64,000 bases of DNA from an uncultured Rhodopila sp. (GTDB lineage Bacteria; Pseudomonadota; Alphaproteobacteria; Acetobacterales; Acetobacteraceae): assembly GCA_903932145.1 (NCBI GenBank), contig CAIZFE010000051.1, positions 4,173 to 68,172 of the forward strand, in the 5' to 3' direction. Below are positions 59,427 through 64,000 of this stretch, piece by piece (positions within the stretch are counted from its first letter, which is position 1; each line of letters begins with the position of its first letter). The translations under genes and the position numbers were made by a program. A model generated the notes under the pieces. That model was not told the DNA's origin. It saw nothing but the letters and a program-made list of their open reading frames with translations, and did not search any database.

Positions 59427-60872
59427 ATGCGGGCAATGCCGGAGACGCCAAAAACCTACCGAACCAACGTGCCGCATCGGCTGGACCGGCTGCCATGGGC
59501 ACGCTTTCACTGGCTGGTGATCTTCGCGCTTGGGATCGCCTGGATCCTCGACGGGTTGGAGGTCACCATCGTCGGATCGCTGTCCGGCGCGCTGTCGGAA
59601 AGCCCGATGCTGCATTTGACCGGCAGTCAGATCGGCTTCGCGGCGAGCGCCTATCTGATCGGCGCGGTCGGTGGCGCGCTGTTCTTCGGTTGGCTGACCG
59701 ACCGGTTCGGACGCAAGAAACTGTTTACCGTGACCGTGCTGGTTTATGTATGCGCCACCATCGCCTGCGGCCTGTCCTGGAATTTTTGGTCGTTTGCAGT
59801 GTTCCGATTACTGACCGGCGCGGGGATCGGTGGCGAGTACGCCGCGGTCAACGCCACCATTCAAGAGTTGATTCCAGCCCGCCGCCGCGGTTTCACCGAC
59901 CTGGTCATCAACGGCAGCTTCTGGCTGGGGGCCGCCATCGGTGCATTGGGATCATACGTCGTGCTGGACCCGGCGTTGGTGCCCGCCGAGATCGGCTGGC
60001 GAGCGGCCTTCATCATCGGCGGCGTGCTGGGGTTGATCGTGCTGTTTCTTCGCCAGTTCCTGCCGGAAAGCCCAAGATGGCTGATGACGCACGGCTATCC
60101 CGAGGAAGCCGAACGCGTTGTCGCCGGCATAGAAGCACGCATAGAGCATGAAACCGGCACGCCACTGCCCCCCGTGCCGCCGGGATTCCTGACGCTGCGC
60201 ACCGATGTGCATTCCTGGTTCCGGGCCGGGGCGAAAGCACTGGTTACAACATACAGAAGGCAAACCTGGCTGGGCGTCACGCTGATGGCGGCGCAGGCGT
60301 TTTGCTACAACGCTGTGTTCTTCACGTACGCTTTGATCCTGACCCGATTTTATGGCGTCGGTTCCGGAAATGTCGGTCTGTTTCTGCTGCCGTTCGCGAT
60401 CGGCAACTTCCTGGGGCCGCTGGTGCTCGGGCACCTGTTCGACACGATTGGCCGACGGATCATGATCACCGCGACGTACGGATTATCCGGAGTCCTGATG
60501 GTGTTGACCGGCTGGTTGTTCACTCTGGGATGGCTGGACGCGGTCCAACAAACGACGGCCTGGACGGTGATTTTCTTCGTCGCCTCGGCCGCCGCCAGTT
60601 CCGCCTATCTGACCGTCGGGGAGAGCTTTCCGCTGGAGGTGCGCGCCATCGCCATCGCGTTGTTCTACGCGTTCGGCACCGGTGTTGGCGGCGTTGCCGG
60701 GCCGGCGTTGTTTGGCGTGCTGATCGACACCGGCTCGCGGGTCTCGATCTTCTATGGCTACCTGCTTGGGGGCGTTCTGATGATTGTCGCCGCCATCGTC
60801 GCCGGGTATTTGGCGGCGAATGCCGAACGACGATCCCTGGAGGATGTGGCGCCGCCGCTGTCGGCGGTCTAG
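59427..60872 (+). CDS. MFS transporter (metabolite:H+ symporter / aromatic acid-sugar porter type)
   Basis: 481 aa. 12 TM. MFS signature GR[KR]K between TM2-3 (DRFGRKK), sugar-transporter-like PESPRW motif. Confidence 0.85.
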   Translation: MRAMPETPKTYRTNVPHRLDRLPWARFHWLVIFALGIAWILDGLEVTIVGSLSGALSESPMLHLTGSQIGFAASAYLIGAVGGALFFGWLTDRFGRKKLFTVTVLVYVCATIACGLSWNFWSFAVFRLLTGAGIGGEYAAVNATIQELIPARRRGFTDLVINGSFWLGAAIGALGSYVVLDPALVPAEIGWRAAFIIGGVLGLIVLFLRQFLPESPRWLMTHGYPEEAERVVAGIEARIEHETGTPLPPVPPGFLTLRTDVHSWFRAGAKALVTTYRRQTWLGVTLMAAQAFCYNAVFFTYALILTRFYGVGSGNVGLFLLPFAIGNFLGPLVLGHLFDTIGRRIMITATYGLSGVLMVLTGWLFTLGWLDAVQQTTAWTVIFFVASAAASSAYLTVGESFPLEVRAIAIALFYAFGTGVGGVAGPALFGVLIDTGSRVSIFYGYLLGGVLMIVAAIVAGYLAANAERRSLEDVAPPLSAV

Positions 60873-60902
60873 CGTGGTTGCTCGCTAACGTGAGCAGGCC
60901 CG

Positions 60903-61298
60903 ATGAACACCGACACCGCCATCATTACGGAAACCCTGGAGCGCGTCGCCGAACGGGTCGGCGATCCCATGCCACTGGTTTTTAAGCGGTTGTTCGCCGA
61001 CGCGCCGGACACCGAACCGCTGTTCATACGAGATCCCGGAGGACTGGTACGCGGCCAGATGTTCCAGGTAACCATCGAAAGCCTGCTGGATTTCCTGTCC
61101 GACAAAGCCTACGGCGCCAACCTGATCCAGATCGAGCGGGTCAACCACCAGGGCCTCGGAGTCGAACCGGCAGTATTCGATACGTTCTATGCAACGGTGG
61201 TGACAACGTTCCGTGATATTCTGGGAGCGGACTGGACGCCGGACATGGAAGCGGTTTGGACGCGGACGGTACGGGACCTGACAGGGGTGATTGTTTAG
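60903..61298 (+). CDS. Globin-like protein (bacterial single-domain globin family)
   Basis: 131-aa all-helical protein with a globin-like pattern (NHQGLGVEPAVFDTFYATVVTTFRDILG). Confidence 0.55.
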   Translation: MNTDTAIITETLERVAERVGDPMPLVFKRLFADAPDTEPLFIRDPGGLVRGQMFQVTIESLLDFLSDKAYGANLIQIERVNHQGLGVEPAVFDTFYATVVTTFRDILGADWTPDMEAVWTRTVRDLTGVIV

Positions 61299-61699
61299 TT
61301 TCTGTCTCTGGCCGCGAAGTACTTCTTCATCGGTTCAAAATAGTGTTCTTGCCAGCCGCCTTGCTCATAGCCGGTGTGGTCTTCCGGAACGTTCTCGTGT
61401 GTCAGCGTCAGGCGGGTTCCACCGGCAATCGGTGATAGCGCCACAGTAATCCTTGAATCCGGTTGATCGTCCCGGAAACGTGTTGTCCGCCATGACTGGA
61501 CAATACGTTCGTCCGGGACGAGCTCCACTGTCCTGCCTACAATATAGCCGTCCCAGGCCGTAAAGGCGCCGCCTTCGGTCGGAGAAACCTCGGCTTTGCC
61601 GCCGGTCATGTCTGTATGGCCGCGGCTGTCCAGCCAGGCGGCGTAAATCGCCTCGGGCGATGCGGGAATGTCGTCGGTCAGGCGAAACGTATAGGCCAT
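61295..61699 (-). CDS. SRPBCC-superfamily protein (Aha1/AHSA1-like)
   Basis: 134 aa. START/Bet v1-like fold pattern (AIYAAWLDS...GG.F..W). Confidence 0.7.
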   Translation of the reverse strand: MAYTFRLTDDIPASPEAIYAAWLDSRGHTDMTGGKAEVSPTEGGAFTAWDGYIVGRTVELVPDERIVQSWRTTRFRDDQPDSRITVALSPIAGGTRLTLTHENVPEDHTGYEQGGWQEHYFEPMKKYFAARDRN

Positions 61700-61821
61700 G
61701 GCTTGCCTCCAGGGAGGATCACGGTGGGGGCGCCGGGACTTGACACGGGCGCCTGCTATGGTCGGATCATGGTGCGATCATCGGCGCCGTCACAAGCCGC
61801 ACACAACGGGAGCACGCAAAG

Positions 61822-62862
61822 ATGTTTATCCGCGACGCCTGGTATGTCGCCGCCTGGGCCGACGAAATTGCCGGCACACCCGTCGCCCGGCGTATCCTGA
61901 ATGAACCTGTGGTGTTGTTCCGCGATGCCGAGGGCCATGCGGCCGCCTTGTTGGATATGTGCTGCCATCGCGGTGCGCCGTTGCACCTGGGTCAGGTGAC
62001 GGACAAAGGCCTCGCCTGCGGATATCATGGCCTGACGTTCGATCGCTCCGGCCAATGTGTCCACATTCCGGGCCAGGACCGCATTCCCGAACGGGCTCGG
62101 GTTCGGTCGTTTCCGTTGGTCGAGCAGGATGCGTTCCTGTGGATCTGGATGGGCGATCCGGCGAAGGCCGATCCCGCGACGATCGTTTCTTATCCATGGC
62201 ACAACGATACCGAGCGTTGGCCGCATAAGCACACGATGTATCCGATCAAGAGCTCGGCCATGCTGATGGTCGATAACCTGATGGACCTGACGCATCTGGG
62301 CTACGTCCATGTCTCCACCATCGGTGGCAACCCGATGACGCATGTTGAGGCGAAGATGGACACCGTCCGCACGCCTCTGGGTTTGAAGTTTACGCGGTGG
62401 ATGCGGAATTCCGTTCCGCCGCCGACCTATGTCCGGGCGGTCGGGTTCGAGGGCCGGATCGATCGCGTACAGATCTTCGAGTTCATCGCCCCCGGATCGA
62501 TCCTACAGTTCAGCGGCGCCGATGAAGCCGGCGCATACAAGGACGGCGACATCGAGAACAGCAAGCTCCAGTTCCGTCTGTTCCACGGATTGACGCCAGA
62601 AACCGAAACGACCTGCTTCTACTTCTGGTCAACCGCCAACGGGTTCCGGCCCGGCGATCCGGCCGCGACCGAGGGCCTGTTCAACGAAATTGCCGGCGCG
62701 TTCAACGAGGACCGTGCGGTTGTCGAAAAGCAACAAGAGCGGTTGTCCGAACTGGGAGAGGCCGCGCTGGTCGATATCACGACCGATGCGGCCAGATTGC
62801 ACATGCGGCGGACGGTAGATCGGCTGTTGGCGGAGGAGGCACAGGGGTTGGCCGCGGAATGA
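61822..62862 (+). CDS. Rieske non-heme iron aromatic-ring-hydroxylating oxygenase alpha subunit (VanA/phthalate-family monooxygenase-like)
   Basis: Rieske CxH-x17-CxxH (CCHRGAPL...CGYHGLTF). Mononuclear Fe site (DNLMDLTHLGYVH). Confidence 0.85.
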   Translation: MFIRDAWYVAAWADEIAGTPVARRILNEPVVLFRDAEGHAAALLDMCCHRGAPLHLGQVTDKGLACGYHGLTFDRSGQCVHIPGQDRIPERARVRSFPLVEQDAFLWIWMGDPAKADPATIVSYPWHNDTERWPHKHTMYPIKSSAMLMVDNLMDLTHLGYVHVSTIGGNPMTHVEAKMDTVRTPLGLKFTRWMRNSVPPPTYVRAVGFEGRIDRVQIFEFIAPGSILQFSGADEAGAYKDGDIENSKLQFRLFHGLTPETETTCFYFWSTANGFRPGDPAATEGLFNEIAGAFNEDRAVVEKQQERLSELGEAALVDITTDAARLHMRRTVDRLLAEEAQGLAAE

Positions 62863-63327
62863 GTCTATGCGTCGGTTGAGAATGGGTGATGCTGCGTGCC
62901 ATCGTAAAGCGGCTCTTGGATTGTGACGGTGGGCTATCGTTGAATAACGGCACCACCGGCGGCTGATTGCTCTACCGACTTCACGCAGAGGTCGCGGAGC
63001 GTGGCGCAGAGGGCGCAGGGAAGAGTTTTGAGGCTTTCGATCAAGAGTAGCGTCTTCGGGCGGCGCAGGGCTGGTCTTGTTCCGGATTCAGTCTGATACC
63101 AGCATCGACTCTCCGGCCGCCCATGACCGTCATGCCGACGAAGGTCGGTATCCACGTCCTTTGTTCGCCGCAACAAAGGCATGGATGGTGGCCTTCGCGC
63201 ACCATGACGATCCGGGAACGACCGGCGTGTGTCAGTCTCAACGCTGACTGGTATGACGGCCCATCAACCGAGGACTGATACTGGCCGCCGTTGGCACTGA
63301 CCTACTGTCATTCCACGGCCGTCATTG

Positions 63328-63366
63328 GCTCGGCTTATCAGAACGACAAGCCGAGCAATGACGGAC
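63328..63366. repeat. Imperfect palindromic hairpin (13-bp stem) in the vanA-like/BVMO convergent spacer
   Basis: cattggctcggctt-atcagaacgac-aagccgagcaatg. Lies in a 520-bp region full of gtcatg/catgac-containing small hairpins. Confidence 0.5.
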
Positions 63367-63393
63367 GGGCATGACGGATTGAGGCCGGACGCG

Positions 63394-64000
<607 letters not shown>

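Overview
This window is a high-GC (about 65%) bacterial chromosomal segment. The protein families and the ffh-rpsP-rimM-trmD-rplS operon suggest an alphaproteobacterium, possibly Rhodospirillales/Acetobacteraceae-like, but that assignment is inferred, not searched. Coding density is high; the genes are mostly housekeeping and accessory metabolism.

Main content, start to end:
- A 5'-truncated RTX-like Gly-rich repeat protein and a cNMP-binding patatin phospholipase.
- uvrA, an MlaC-like protein and an ABC substrate-binding protein.
- An oxidative-enzyme cluster: PhyH dioxygenase, LLM monooxygenase, PmtA-like methyltransferase, cupredoxin, isocitrate-lyase-family enzyme and cytochrome P450.
- cinA/pncC, DUF427, an MFS transporter translationally coupled to an ArsB/NhaD permease.
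- The SRP/ribosomal operon, followed by a degenerate IS1634-family transposase relic.
- Acyl-CoA dehydrogenase, DUF1491, a GFA protein, an ScfR/RamB-type regulator, HMG-CoA lyase, an SPFH protein, a thioesterase and a glycogen-debranching-type enzyme.
- A second LLM oxidoreductase, an alpha/beta hydrolase, then HigBA and MazEF-like toxin-antitoxin pairs flanking an enolase-superfamily gene.
- An amidohydrolase, a frameshifted FkbM methyltransferase, and a membrane-anchored protein built from six tandem 11-residue repeats (33-bp DNA tandem array).
- GlcG and an acyl-CoA-dehydrogenase-fold monooxygenase.
- A three-gene envelope module: OmpA-like protein, MotA/ExbB-like proton-channel protein with a helical tail, and a MotB-like protein carrying a roughly 250-aa coiled coil plus an OmpA domain.
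- Maleylacetate-reductase-like Fe-ADH, and a large Cache-PAS hybrid histidine kinase split by a frameshift in a poly-T run.
- A lone 3TM-holin plus GH19-endolysin cassette of the gene-transfer-agent (GTA) type.
- Methyltransferase, asparaginase, an amidase with a small GatC/AtzG-like partner, an MFS transporter, a globin, an SRPBCC protein, a Rieske oxygenase and a partial Baeyer-Villiger monooxygenase.

Non-coding highlights are a dispersed family of roughly 30-bp REP-like palindromes, an AT-rich island with an IR-DR-DR-IR motif between convergent genes, and a hairpin-dense 520-bp spacer near the 3' end. No rRNA, tRNA or CRISPR was detected by eye.

The best candidate for an undescribed system is the OmpA / MotA-like / MotB-coiled-coil-OmpA stator-like module at 44.5-47.6 kb.
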